Source: Pseudomonadota bacterium (GTDB taxonomy: Bacteria > Bdellovibrionota_B > Oligoflexia > Silvanigrellales > Silvanigrellaceae). From it: DNA of 64,000 nt. Positions within the stretch are counted from its first letter, which is position 1. Each line of letters opens with the position of its first letter. Shown here in pieces: positions 32,193 through 42,800 of the stretch. Below the pieces are notes generated by a model, which did not search any database, was not told the origin of the DNA, and worked only from the letters and a program-made list of their open reading frames with translations. The translations under genes and the position numbers were made by a program. The stretch is taken from positions 32,001-96,000 of the forward strand of contig JBDLRP010000001.1 of the NCBI GenBank assembly GCA_039799905.1, read 5' to 3'.

Positions 32193-32222
32193 AGCAGTGC
32201 GTTGCTGTCACAAGGGAAGATT

Positions 32223-33626
32223 ATGAGCACAGAAAAAAAGAACCTCCGCCGCGCGCCCTCTGCACCCCAGTCGCGGCCGCGCCGCTCTCCGGCAGCCCGT
32301 CCTGCCGCTCCAGAGATTGGAGCCCCCATTCCGAAGGGTGCGCGCAGTGGCGTCACCCGACGACTGATGTTCAACCGCGACGGCGAACCGCAAAAGGTCT
32401 TCCATGAAACTGTTTGCCGCGTGCTCGACCAATGCCAGTCGTGCCCGATGCTCGACATGGACTACCGCGACCAGGTGGTTTTCAAAACCAACGACTTCCG
32501 CAAAAGACTGGCACAGGCGGGACTCAAGTCACAGGCATCGGTGAGTGAATGCTTGCAATCTCCGTTGCGACTCGGCTACCGGCACACTGCAAAACTTGCA
32601 GTGTCTGAGAAGTTCACTCCACCGGACCGCAGGTTCATTTCGATCGGCCTTTATAAGCCGGGAACCCACCATGTCGTGGACGTCGGCGAATGTCCCATTC
32701 AAAGCCAGCGCCTTAACAAAATCCTGTCTTTTTTGCGCACCGCCATCCGCGAGCACAACATCTCGATCTATGACGAACGCAGCCGAAAGGGACTCTTGCG
32801 TTACGTTGTCATCCGCACGGCGCATAGAACAAAGGACACTCTCGTGACGCTTGTTGTCACTGCCGACGACAAGCTCAAGTTACGCCCGTTCGCGCGCGTG
32901 CTGACCGAGCGTTTCGACTTTGTCAGTGGTGTGCTGATGCACGTCAACGACACTCAGGGCAATGCTATTTTTCAAGCCTCGAACGATCCGGAAACTGCGG
33001 AAAACAACGACGCAAATACAACAGGTCAGACAACCCTTTTGGCCGGACAGGATTGCCTGCGCGACTCCATCGCCAATCTCAATCTGCGTATTTCGGCGAC
33101 GAGCTTTTTCCAAATCAATCCGGCTGTGGCCGAGCAGGCTTATTTCCGAATGATCGAACTTCTCTCACCGCGTGACGGCGACCGCGCACTCGATTTGTAT
33201 TGCGGAGTCGGGTCACTGGCGCTGCTCATGGCGCGTCAGGGTGCGCGTGTCACCGCTATCGAGGAAACTCCCTCGAGCATCGCCGACGCCCACGAAAACG
33301 CCCTCACGAACTCGCTGCAACATATCGATTTCCGCGCGGGCCGCGCTGAGCAGGTGTTGCCGACACTCATGAGCAACGGAACATTGAAATCAGCGGACCT
33401 CGTTTGCGTCAATCCCTCGCGTCGCGGATGCCAGCCCGATGTGCTCAAGGCAATTGCCCAGCTCAAACCACGTGCTGTTGCCTACATGAGCTGCAATCCC
33501 GACACGCTCCTGCGCGACCTGCGTCAACTTGAAGAACTGGGGCTTCATGCCCGCACGTTTGAGTTGTACGATATGTTTCCGGGCAGCCGTCATTACGAGG
33601 TGGTCACGCTTCTGACTCCGGCATAG
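32223..33626 (+). CDS. rlmD: 23S rRNA m5U methyltransferase (RlmD/TrmA family)
   Basis: Fe-S cysteines C..LDQCQSC and ECPIQ, GYRH, SFFQIN, DLYCGVG, YMSCNP.TL.RDL, DMFPGS.HYE. Confidence 0.92.
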   Translation: MSTEKKNLRRAPSAPQSRPRRSPAARPAAPEIGAPIPKGARSGVTRRLMFNRDGEPQKVFHETVCRVLDQCQSCPMLDMDYRDQVVFKTNDFRKRLAQAGLKSQASVSECLQSPLRLGYRHTAKLAVSEKFTPPDRRFISIGLYKPGTHHVVDVGECPIQSQRLNKILSFLRTAIREHNISIYDERSRKGLLRYVVIRTAHRTKDTLVTLVVTADDKLKLRPFARVLTERFDFVSGVLMHVNDTQGNAIFQASNDPETAENNDANTTGQTTLLAGQDCLRDSIANLNLRISATSFFQINPAVAEQAYFRMIELLSPRDGDRALDLYCGVGSLALLMARQGARVTAIEETPSSIADAHENALTNSLQHIDFRAGRAEQVLPTLMSNGTLKSADLVCVNPSRRGCQPDVLKAIAQLKPRAVAYMSCNPDTLLRDLRQLEELGLHARTFELYDMFPGSRHYEVVTLLTPA

Positions 33627-33638
33627 AGGACAGTTCTT

Positions 33639-35102
33639 ATGTTGAAGAAAACAGCGGTTCTGCTTTTAATCACAGGAACCGCGGTTTTCCTCTACCGCAA
33701 TCTGAAGCCACATTCGGCTCAGGTTGAGATTTCGGATAACACAGCCGATCAACTAGCATCTGGTAAAACATCCGCACAAACGCCATCCGGCGAACCGGTG
33801 CAAAGCGCTTCGACAGACGCTGTCCCCCAAGGTATTCAGCAACCAGAACAACAGCAAAACGCAGGCCAAAATGGACAAATCGGCTTGGGACAATTCGACG
33901 CATACGCTCACTTTCAAATGGGAAATTATGAAGGCGCTGTGAGTCTTCTGCGCTCTCTCATCAAGCAGCGTCCTGGCGATGAGCTGGTCCGAAAGAATCT
34001 TGCCACCGCGCTTCTCGCGCTCGGCTTTTTCAAACTGCAGAAAAAAGAGATCGCCGAAGCGGAATCTGCATTTGACGAATCCACCCGACTCGGTAATGCG
34101 GACGCACGCAAAGCACTGGCGGCCCTGAAGCTCAGGCAGGGTCAATTAGAAACAGCACGCGAGCTGCTTGAAGACATTTCCAAAGCAGGGGCGGACCCTG
34201 AAAGCTATAAGATACTCATCGACCTTGCACTCAGTCAGGATGAAATCGAGCGCGCGGACGACCTGCTCAATCGGATGAATGAATCACTATTGCGAAGGGT
34301 TTCGACCACACAACAACCTGTGAGTCCGGACCTGACTTCATTCATCGAAGTCAGGCGCAAGCGGCTTGAGCAAAAAAAGAATTTTTTAAGAGTTCAAGAC
34401 ATCGTCAGCCGGCAGGGCATCGAGGTGAGTTATTCCGCCCCCGAACTGCGCAGCCATGCAGAGACAGTCGCCAGAGCTATAGAAAACGTCATGTCGAGAC
34501 TCAACCAGCTGCTGGGCCCTCTTCCCTCCCACGCACGCATGCGTGCATGGCTCGTGCCGACCAATGACTTTAACTCCTTCACCAACGCCCCCGCATGGGC
34601 AGCTGCAGTGTTTGATGGCTATATCCGAATTCCCGTCGGTCGTACTGTGAATGGTCGGCCAATGTCGTCGGACACACTTGAGAGGCTCGCACGGCACGAA
34701 ACGACTCACGCGTATATGTATGCATTTTGTGGAGACGTCCTGCCGTCATGGATTGGCGAGGGACTCGCGCAAATCTATGAAGGCCGAAGCGTTCAACAGA
34801 GTTCTTCGGAAATTCTCCGCACAGCCGGAAGAAAAGGTTTGCAGAGTTTTGAACCGGAACTGGAAAATCCGTTCACGCTTGCGCCGACCAAAATGATTAA
34901 CAGGTTATATGCGCGCTCCCATCTGGTCGTAAACTCGATGTCACGCGAGGGTGGCGGAGTTGGACAAACGTGGCAGCGGGTCCTTTCGGCTGTTTGTGTA
35001 CAACGGCGCCCTCTGCCCGACGTTTTGCAAGAGCAGTTCAACTCCGGAACTCTGGCCGAACTCTGGGGACGTTACTTTCCGGCAGCTGCAGAGTCTCAGT
35101 AA
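33639..35102 (+). CDS. TPR-containing peptidase MA-like zinc metallohydrolase
   Basis: N-terminal anchor, TPR-like helices, PAWAAAVFDG.IRIP, HETTH, LPSWIGEGLAQ. Confidence 0.8.
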   Translation: MLKKTAVLLLITGTAVFLYRNLKPHSAQVEISDNTADQLASGKTSAQTPSGEPVQSASTDAVPQGIQQPEQQQNAGQNGQIGLGQFDAYAHFQMGNYEGAVSLLRSLIKQRPGDELVRKNLATALLALGFFKLQKKEIAEAESAFDESTRLGNADARKALAALKLRQGQLETARELLEDISKAGADPESYKILIDLALSQDEIERADDLLNRMNESLLRRVSTTQQPVSPDLTSFIEVRRKRLEQKKNFLRVQDIVSRQGIEVSYSAPELRSHAETVARAIENVMSRLNQLLGPLPSHARMRAWLVPTNDFNSFTNAPAWAAAVFDGYIRIPVGRTVNGRPMSSDTLERLARHETTHAYMYAFCGDVLPSWIGEGLAQIYEGRSVQQSSSEILRTAGRKGLQSFEPELENPFTLAPTKMINRLYARSHLVVNSMSREGGGVGQTWQRVLSAVCVQRRPLPDVLQEQFNSGTLAELWGRYFPAAAESQ

Positions 35103-35105
35103 TCT

Positions 35106-36092
35106 TCAAGCAGCCTTGTGATCGACGTCTTCATCCTGAATATCCTTGACGAAACGGGCCGAGCTCTCAAAAATGAGACGCTTTTGAATTTGTGCTGCGG
35201 TCCATGTGTGTTTGTCCGCACCAGCAGCAGCCAAGATAACTCTGAGTTTCACAAGCTCATCAAAAACTTCTTCACCAATCTTCTTTCCAGATTCCTTGGA
35301 AAGGTTCTCAATCACCTCGGATTTCGAATAATAATCTTTGGCATCCGGCTTTTTTGCCAGCCTGACAAGCGAGGACATCAGCAGCTGATATTTGGTCGGC
35401 ACAAAACCTGCGGTTTCGGTCTTTGCAGATTGCAGCACAAAGTTTGCAAAATCATCCATCACCGCAGCATTCGGACTGTAGATTGAACGGCCCCACTTTT
35501 TGTCGGGTTGCACTTTAATCAGAGAACCTTTGACAAACGCGTCCAACAATTTCTCTAGCAACTCTGCTCGCCGCTGCAAAATCGACTCGCTGCGCTCGAT
35601 GACCCCTTTCAGAGGAAAAAGCTCGATGCCCTCATCTTTGATGACTCCGGCCCGGATGGCGTACCCGAGAAACGCAGAAAATTGACTGGCAACATGATAC
35701 TTTGTGCCAATCTTCAACTGCATTTTTCTTTCGTTAAGCTTTGCCTCAACCAACTGATCGTTGGAGGATTTGAGCCTCGCAACCGAGTCCTTCAAAACTG
35801 CCTGAACCCAGACGGGAAGATTTTTGAATGAGCCCTCGACCGTATCAACGCTGACATGAACAACCTGCGCGGCAGTCAGTGCGCGAGCAGAGGCTGTGCG
35901 TGAATCACGTGAGAAAATTGTGGTCGTGCCTATCACATCTCCGGCGTGCATCGTTGCAAGAACGACAGAAGCCCCGTCCTTCTCACGGAGAATCTGCAGT
36001 TCACCCTGCCGCACAATGTAGACACCGTTGGACGCATCGCCCTCATGAAAAAGCACTTCTCCCGGCTTAAGCAACAATACAACTGGATTCAT
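35106..36092 (-). CDS. Cyclic-nucleotide-binding (Crp-like) domain protein
   Basis: GEVLFHEGD..NGVYIV.QGEL.I, GDVIG, SRTASARA; ATGA overlap with cheV. Confidence 0.83.
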   Translation of the reverse strand: MNPVVLLLKPGEVLFHEGDASNGVYIVRQGELQILREKDGASVVLATMHAGDVIGTTTIFSRDSRTASARALTAAQVVHVSVDTVEGSFKNLPVWVQAVLKDSVARLKSSNDQLVEAKLNERKMQLKIGTKYHVASQFSAFLGYAIRAGVIKDEGIELFPLKGVIERSESILQRRAELLEKLLDAFVKGSLIKVQPDKKWGRSIYSPNAAVMDDFANFVLQSAKTETAGFVPTKYQLLMSSLVRLAKKPDAKDYYSKSEVIENLSKESGKKIGEEVFDELVKLRVILAAAGADKHTWTAAQIQKRLIFESSARFVKDIQDEDVDHKAA

Positions 36093-37114
36093 GATGCAAT
36101 CCGCTCCCTTTTGCCCAACGCATGTAAACACGTTTCGACGGCGGCCTGAATGTCACTTTTGTTGAACTTACCGATGAAGGCATCTGCTCCCGATGCCATG
36201 GCTCGCTCCCTGTTTGCCTGCCCCGACAAACTCGAATGCAGCAAAAAAGGTGTCTGTGAGAACCGTCCATCGGTTTTGACTCTGCGCGCAAATGAATATC
36301 CGTCGAGTCGCGGCATCTCGATGTCTGAAATGACCATGAAGGGAATGCCGCGGGCGTTCAGCCGCAGACACTCCTGCCATGCCTGTTCGCCGTCGCCGCA
36401 CTCATGTACTGAACATGAAAAACTGCCGACAATCTCCTGCAACGCCTTTCTTGCAGTAGGCGAATCATCGACGATGAGAACGACAGGAAGCTGTTGAGCA
36501 GCGACGGGCTGAGCAAGCGGCTGTGTCAGCAACAGACTCGGCGAATGACCTCGCAACGGAAGCGAAGACCCAGCAGGAGCATCGCCCGATTCGAGATCGG
36601 AAAGAACTTTTTCAAAATCCAAAATAAAGATAAACCGCTTTTGTTCATCCAGCATCATTCCTGTGATTCCGCCAATAAGCTCTTTTTGCGGAGGAATCAC
36701 CTCTTCCCAGCTGACCCGCCGAATTCGTCGCGCCCCTGCAACGACAAATCCTGTCAACCGTCCTGAAAATTCAGTCACCAGCACTTGGGCAGCCGATGAC
36801 ACCGGTTCCTGGCTGAACCCGAGCGCCGCCGACAGATGAATGGCCGGCACAGGAGCACCACGCAAATGAAAAAGCCCGAGAATTTCGCGACGGCCTCCCA
36901 GAGCAGGCTCGAGGTGAGGCAAGCGAATCACCTCGCGAACTTTGGCAACATTGACACCAAAAAGCGTGGGCTCGCTGAGTGGGTCCTGCTGTACATGTGA
37001 AGGTTCGTCGGCGAGCAGCGGATTAGCAGGCTGACTGCGTGTCAGGGTGAACTCAATCAGCTCAAAAAGATTGCTTCCGACGGGTATTTGTCTCATTTCA
37101 AACGAGTCCGACAC
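36089..37114 (-). CDS. cheV: Chemotaxis protein CheV (CheW + receiver)
   Basis: GSNLFELIEF, FGVNVAKVREVI, RIRRVSWEEV.PP, ILDFEKV; receiver LIVDDSPTARK, ISDIEMPRLDGY, LHSSLSG, KF; GTG start after GGAGG. Confidence 0.93.
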   Translation of the reverse strand: MSDSFEMRQIPVGSNLFELIEFTLTRSQPANPLLADEPSHVQQDPLSEPTLFGVNVAKVREVIRLPHLEPALGGRREILGLFHLRGAPVPAIHLSAALGFSQEPVSSAAQVLVTEFSGRLTGFVVAGARRIRRVSWEEVIPPQKELIGGITGMMLDEQKRFIFILDFEKVLSDLESGDAPAGSSLPLRGHSPSLLLTQPLAQPVAAQQLPVVLIVDDSPTARKALQEIVGSFSCSVHECGDGEQAWQECLRLNARGIPFMVISDIEMPRLDGYSFARRVKTDGRFSQTPFLLHSSLSGQANRERAMASGADAFIGKFNKSDIQAAVETCLHALGKRERIAS

Positions 37115-37157
37115 ACCACCCTCCGCATCGCACAAGAGACAACGATTCATTTGCTAG

Positions 37158-37184
37158 GTGTCGGCAATTTCTTGCCCAGTTTGA
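37158..37184 (-). promoter_or_regulatory. sigma28-like promoter of cheV
   Basis: Minus strand TCAA-ACTGGGCAAGAAATT(15)-GCCGACAC. Confidence 0.62.
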
Positions 37185-37283
37185 GACGCCTGTCACGAAT
37201 TTGACCGCGTCCTATAACCTGAATAATTATTGCGCGTTGTCCGGAGTATTCTAGAATACGGGCTGACTCGGAGGTTCTCTGCC

Positions 37284-37580
37284 GTGATTCAACTTCTTGG
37301 ATTCGTGTTTGATGCACTGGTCTATCTGCTGAGGCTATATTCAATTCTTTTGTTTGCATCAGCGATTCTGCGCCTTGCAAGAGCCGATGAAACTTCGCTG
37401 ATTGGACGGATGGTTTTTCCGCTCACAGATCCTCCGGCACGCGCACTCAGCCGGCGTTTCCCAAAATTGCAAATGTACAGCTCGGGCTCTTACATTGATT
37501 TCAGTCCTTTAGTTCTCATCATTTCAGTTGAACTTTTAATCATGCTGATTCTCAGAATACGCAACATTGTCGGCGCCTGA
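37284..37580 (+). CDS. yggT: YggT family membrane protein
   Basis: LRLYSILLFASAIL, LTDPP...RRFP, IDFSPLVLI; GGAGGT RBS before GTG. Confidence 0.88.
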   Translation: MIQLLGFVFDALVYLLRLYSILLFASAILRLARADETSLIGRMVFPLTDPPARALSRRFPKLQMYSSGSYIDFSPLVLIISVELLIMLILRIRNIVGA

Positions 37581-37614
37581 GCGACCGACCGGCGGACAAG
37601 GGATTTGGACCAAC

Positions 37615-38340
37615 ATGTTCAAGCTATCTGCAAACCAAAGGCTTCCTGCAAAAATACTGATTGCCGGTTTCACTTTTTTGTTCATGGCGGTTTACTTGCA
37701 GGCAAAGATTCCAAAGGTCCGCGAACAAAACGCCGAAGCGCAAAAGTTCCCAATCCCGTTCCTCATTTCGAACGGGCACCGTGAATTCGCATGGACGATT
37801 ATCGCCCTCGATGGCCTCGCCTCAGCAGTCAACGCATGGACAGGACTGGTCGACCCGGCAACGACGCGCGAACAGCGGACACGCCTACTGGACAAATTCA
37901 ACGACACTCTCGACGCACTCCCGGGCCTGGCGAAAGAATCGCTCGGCATGCGAGAAGTCTTTCAATTTCCGGCGAGCATTCTTGCATTTGAGCTCAACGA
38001 TATCGACCGCTCCATCGCTGTGGCGCGCATCGGTGCCCAGGACGTCCGTCTCGAGCCGGATCTCGCTCTGACAATCGCATATTTATCTCATGTCTTTGGC
38101 AATGACCTCAGGGAAGTCGCCAAAGACTATGAACGGGTTCAAGTACATTTCCCAAACGTTTCGTGGCTGAATGAACTCATCGAATCATTGAAAATGGGAA
38201 AAGATCCGTTCAAACGCTCTGACCGAAACCGAACTGCCGTCTGCCGAATGCTGACGCGCGCGTTTCCACTTGCAACAAAACGGCTGATTGAGCGGGATAT
38301 TTGTACAAAAGAATATTTTCGGAGCAATCAAGCACAATGA
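37615..38340 (+). CDS. Membrane-anchored protein, PilG(Myxococcus)/XapA-like by context
   Basis: N-terminal TM and helical body; ATGA-coupled to the ABC ATPase gene. Confidence 0.55.
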   Translation: MFKLSANQRLPAKILIAGFTFLFMAVYLQAKIPKVREQNAEAQKFPIPFLISNGHREFAWTIIALDGLASAVNAWTGLVDPATTREQRTRLLDKFNDTLDALPGLAKESLGMREVFQFPASILAFELNDIDRSIAVARIGAQDVRLEPDLALTIAYLSHVFGNDLREVAKDYERVQVHFPNVSWLNELIESLKMGKDPFKRSDRNRTAVCRMLTRAFPLATKRLIERDICTKEYFRSNQAQ

Positions 38341-39023
38341 CAAACCAAATCCTCGGGGCAAAAAACCTCTTTTACAAGTGGCATTCACAGGATCTCTTCG
38401 ATCGGCAAAAGGATCGCGTGCTGTGGAAGATCGACGAACTAAAGATTGACACGCCGGGAATCATTCTGTTGGCCGGGAGAAACGGGGTCGGAAAATCCAC
38501 GCTCCTTCGCTGCCTGCTGGGCCTGATGCGTCCCACTGCTGGAGAAATCCGATGGTTCGGTGAACAATCAACCCCGCGCGGACAAATTGGCTACCTTCCG
38601 GAACTTCCGGTTCTGCCTCCGCGCGTCAAAGTACATGAGATCTTATCTTCACTCCTCGGCATCCGTCGGAGCGAAATCGCCGAGTCGATTTCAAAAACAG
38701 GCTCATTCGAGTCACTTGATATCAGCAATCTTCTCGACAGGCCGGCACAGCTTTTATCCAAAGGTCAGCAGCAAAAACTTCTTCTGGCTCTTGCGAGTGC
38801 AGGTTCGCCAAGGGGATTTGTGCTGGATGAACCGTTTTCCGGACTCGACCCTTGGGCGCGCAGCGAACTCGCCGAGTTCCTGGTCAGGCTAGCTCACGAT
38901 GGCCATTTCCTGTTAATTTCAAGCCACGATGCTCCCTCCCGCATGCGCCAACATATCCGCGAAACTTGGCTGATCGATGAGCAAAAACTTACGGTCCATC
39001 AGGGCTGCGCAATACCGGAGTGA
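38337..39023 (+). CDS. ABC transporter ATP-binding protein (PilH-like)
   Basis: GRNGVGKST, IGYLPE, signature LSKGQ, VLDEPFSGLDP, ISSH. Confidence 0.9.
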   Translation: MTNQILGAKNLFYKWHSQDLFDRQKDRVLWKIDELKIDTPGIILLAGRNGVGKSTLLRCLLGLMRPTAGEIRWFGEQSTPRGQIGYLPELPVLPPRVKVHEILSSLLGIRRSEIAESISKTGSFESLDISNLLDRPAQLLSKGQQQKLLLALASAGSPRGFVLDEPFSGLDPWARSELAEFLVRLAHDGHFLLISSHDAPSRMRQHIRETWLIDEQKLTVHQGCAIPE

Positions 39024-39829
39024 CTATGCTTAAGACATCGGGAATCATTCGACTGACTCTGCGGGAAAATTTGCGTGGTCAACTGCTCTGGGTCAGTGCC
39101 ACTGCAGGTTCGGTTTTGCTCATTCTTTTGAGCGTTCTCAGTGGCGTGGCCCTTTCTCATGAAAGCCGTGTCATAGATGTGTTCAGCTACTTCGCGGCTG
39201 ATCAGCTTTTGCTGTTGCTCGCGGTTTTTTCGGGCTCATCAATCTGTTCAACTGATTTTTCATCACGTGGCCTGGCGGAATTGTATATTCCTGCCGGCGC
39301 ATCAAGGCTCAGCCTTTATATCGCCCGCTTGTTTGCCTATGCGGTTGTTCTGCTGGCACTTGCAACCGTGCTGTTCGGACTGAAGATATTCATCCTGCCA
39401 AGGCTGTCTGAAAATCAAGAGTCCGTGAGTTTTTACATTCAATTCAACATGCTGTTTTTCGCATGGCTCAAGAGTCTGACAGCATTGTCGGTTGCAGGAT
39501 TCATGGGCACACTGGTACGACCGATTTACTCAACCATCGCAACTATCACCCTCTTCTCCTTCGGACATCTGACCGCATCGTTTGATACCCTGATGAGCGC
39601 AGGCACCGCTCTCAACCAGGACATCTCAGCAGCGCACAATGGTGGAATACTTTATTGGCTTTTGAAAATTTGGAACCCAAATCTTTTGATTGTCAACAGC
39701 ACCCGAGGCGAGTGGATTGCACCGACGCCCGCCGACACCGCCCAAGCGTTGAGCTGGGCTCTCGCATTTATTCTTATACCGATTGCTTGCGCCGTCATAC
39801 GCCTCAACCGTATTGACGTGCGTCCCTGA
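39020..39829 (+). CDS. ABC transporter permease (PilI-like)
   Basis: About 6 TMs; LTLRENLR..LL N-terminus, FSFGHL, WNPNL; overlap-coupled to the ATPase gene. Confidence 0.75.
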   Translation: MTMLKTSGIIRLTLRENLRGQLLWVSATAGSVLLILLSVLSGVALSHESRVIDVFSYFAADQLLLLLAVFSGSSICSTDFSSRGLAELYIPAGASRLSLYIARLFAYAVVLLALATVLFGLKIFILPRLSENQESVSFYIQFNMLFFAWLKSLTALSVAGFMGTLVRPIYSTIATITLFSFGHLTASFDTLMSAGTALNQDISAAHNGGILYWLLKIWNPNLLIVNSTRGEWIAPTPADTAQALSWALAFILIPIACAVIRLNRIDVRP

Positions 39830-39841
39830 TAAAAGCACGAA

Positions 39842-42800
39842 TCAGGCTACATTTTTCTTCATCGTTAGATTGCCGTCGAACATGACCGCGATGGCGGTAA
39901 AATCCTCGGGCATACGGCCATCCTGAAAAGTACGCGCCAGCGAAAGTCCGCGCGCCCGTTTTTGATTCAGGTAGTCATCGAGAAAACCGGACTGCGTGAA
40001 CACAGGCACAATTTCCCGCAATCGACTGTCGTGGCTGAACAGCCAAGCATACTGCTGCGAAGAGAAAATTCTCCGTCGCTCGCGGTAAACAAGCCGGTCG
40101 AGCCGAAGCACACCATTGAGCTCGAGGAGAAGTTCTCGTTCTACCCGCGAACTTCCCGAAAAAGACATTTGTTCATTTCCAAAAACACATTCCTGCGCTT
40201 CACCAGAATGTAAATCCAGCAGAACGGCGTTGACAGAAATCTTGTCGAAACGATGGCTCAGGGCACTTCTTTCCAAGAGTCCGCCGACGTCTGAAGAAAA
40301 ACGCAGGGCAAACTTGTCCAGTGCAATGGGATCGGGATTGTCGCGCAGTGATTCGACAAATAACGTGGTGTAGTGCCGAAATAGACCGCCCAACTCCATG
40401 TGATTGTCGGCTTTTCCGGATTCAAAATTCCACAGCAGAGTCAGAAGACGGCTGCCACCAATGACGAAAACACCGTATCCTCTAGAATCTGAATACTGCA
40501 GGCGGCCGATTCTTTCCTCGATCACTCCCTGTGGCAGTTCGAATTCCCTCGCAATGACAACCGGCAGCACCACCGACGAATCGACTTGCGAATGTGACGA
40601 GACTTCCTGCAACTTTGCCTCACACATCAGATTGAAAGCAGTGTGACGGGCCAGAAGCAGCAAATCAAATTCCGAGTCACGGCTGGAAAACTGTGCGAGG
40701 GTCACCCGGCTAAGCGCAAGCCAGCCATAAAATTCATCCTGATTCTTGAGTGCCACGTAAACTGCATATGGGGTATCGCCTCCAAGGCGATCACCGACGT
40801 CAGCAATAACCCGTTGCGTGCGGTTGGAATCCAGTACTGTCTCATTCAGATTGGTGGTATTCATGATTCCAGTCGTCTCGGGAAACTCCGAAAATTCGGC
40901 TGAACTGGCGCTGAGTGGAGGCTCTGCCTGCCACCCGGGGGCCACCTGAACAGAGTTCGTTTGGCCGGTCGGTATCAATCGAATTGGATCATCATGAAAG
41001 CGCGGCAGGTTCCTCACGAGCTCCGACTCGAGCGACTTGGCTCCGATTTTTTCTTTGGAAAGATTCTGCAAAAACAGGTTTCCGTCGTCTACCCATTGTA
41101 CCACAGGCTTGATGCCCGCTCGCTCATCTCCTTGCCGGCGGAAAAGCAAACTCAAAGGTGATGCAAGGATCCGTGCAGACACTCTTGGGGCCTGTGCAAT
41201 ATAATGCCCGACCGTCTGCGGCTCCCTGTTCATCACAAGCCAGCTTTCCATGATGTGCGAAAGCGCGAGTCCTGAAGTGCGTCTGCGGAAATTAATCTTT
41301 TCAGATTCTGCGAGCAACTCGGGAAATTGGTGCTGAAGAGGCAGATTGAGCCGCCGACAGAGGGAAAGGAGCTGTCGCTCGAGCATTTTCCAGTTCAGTT
41401 CATGCGCAGAACGGAAGCACTCTGCAAAATAGTCCATTGACCGCACCTGATCAAATTCACTGCAGGCAAGACCGAGAGCCTGTTCTGCAAAGAATGCAAC
41501 CAGATCATTTTGGGTCGATTTTGCAACGTCTTTTGCGTCTCCAATCAACTTAAGCGCAACTTGTCCCTCACCGCCTAGATGGCTCATGAAACCCCGAAAC
41601 AGCGGAGTGACTGGCGTTCTGCGCGGATTGCGTTCGCCTTCCGGGTGGCACAATTTGTGATCAACATTTTTCAACAAGCGGTGCAGCGAGCGTCCCCACG
41701 GCCATCCACGCGCGCCCATTGAGAATGCCAGAATAGGGATGATCAACACGCCCATGCGGATTGCATCGCTGACCGGCAGAGAAATTTCGGGAGCCGTGCG
41801 GTGAACCAGAAGCTTCACCGCTGCAACATAGTAACGCAGCGCCTCTTTGTGCTGTCCCAATGCAAGCTCTTGCAAGGCAGAGGAAAATTTTTTGAAAATC
41901 TCACCATCATCTGAACCGTGCCGCAGACGGACGAATTGATCGACGGATCGACGGAGTGGATCGAGACGATCGGAGAGCGCATAGCGAAGGACATCCGAAT
42001 AAAGCCCCAACCCAATGTACTGACCGTTCTCGCCGGCCTCACGCAGTTTGCGTGCCTGCTTGCTCTGCACGGCACCTTCCAAAACCTGTTCGTCTGAAAA
42101 CTTGTTCACGTTTGTCCCGTCCGGAGAATCGAGTTCCGGACTATCTGGCAGTCTATCTTTGGGCATCTCGAGTTTGCGGGTCTTTTTAATTCTATCTGAT
42201 AGGTAACCTTTGTTTTTTTCGAGCCAAACTTTATCTCGTCTTTCTGTCGCCATTGTACTTTCATCACGCCTCTTCTGCCGCCAGATTCGCGGCGAAGTCA
42301 CGCGCACCCAGCTGCGCAGAGCGTGACTCTCACAATTGAGGACACCCAGCGACGGCAATTGACCGTCGCGGCGTTCATCAAGCACGCGGGCGAGTCTTTC
42401 TATGCGACCCATCGGGTAATCGAGCCAAATGGCTCGCAACGCCCTCACCCAGCGTGCAATGTCGACACGCCCGTTCGATTCCATGGCCCGTTCAAGAGTC
42501 TCGGCAATTTCGAATGCTCTATCGATTTTTCCACTGCGCAGCAGGTGCGCCGCTATCATCATGTTGAAGACAGCAAATGGTCGGGTCGGACCGCGCCGGT
42601 GCAGATCAAAGCGTATCGCAGCTGCGAGCAATTCAAGCGTGCGCGACTCAGCACCATGTCCCTGCGCGAGCACCATCAGCATCAGACCTTGAATCTGGTT
42701 GTCTGTCGGCCTCGGCGCCTTCAGAAAACGGCTCTCTATGAGACGGAAGCCGAGCGCAAAGAATCCGAAGCGGGACAGCTGACTCCAGATTGCGACGACA

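Noticed and set aside
23151..33626. Motif variants in MurI (CGTAS), the aminotransferase (DKVY) and RlmD (NPSR) as signs of inactivation
   Set aside because: The key catalytic Cys or Lys residues are retained; best read as ordinary divergence.
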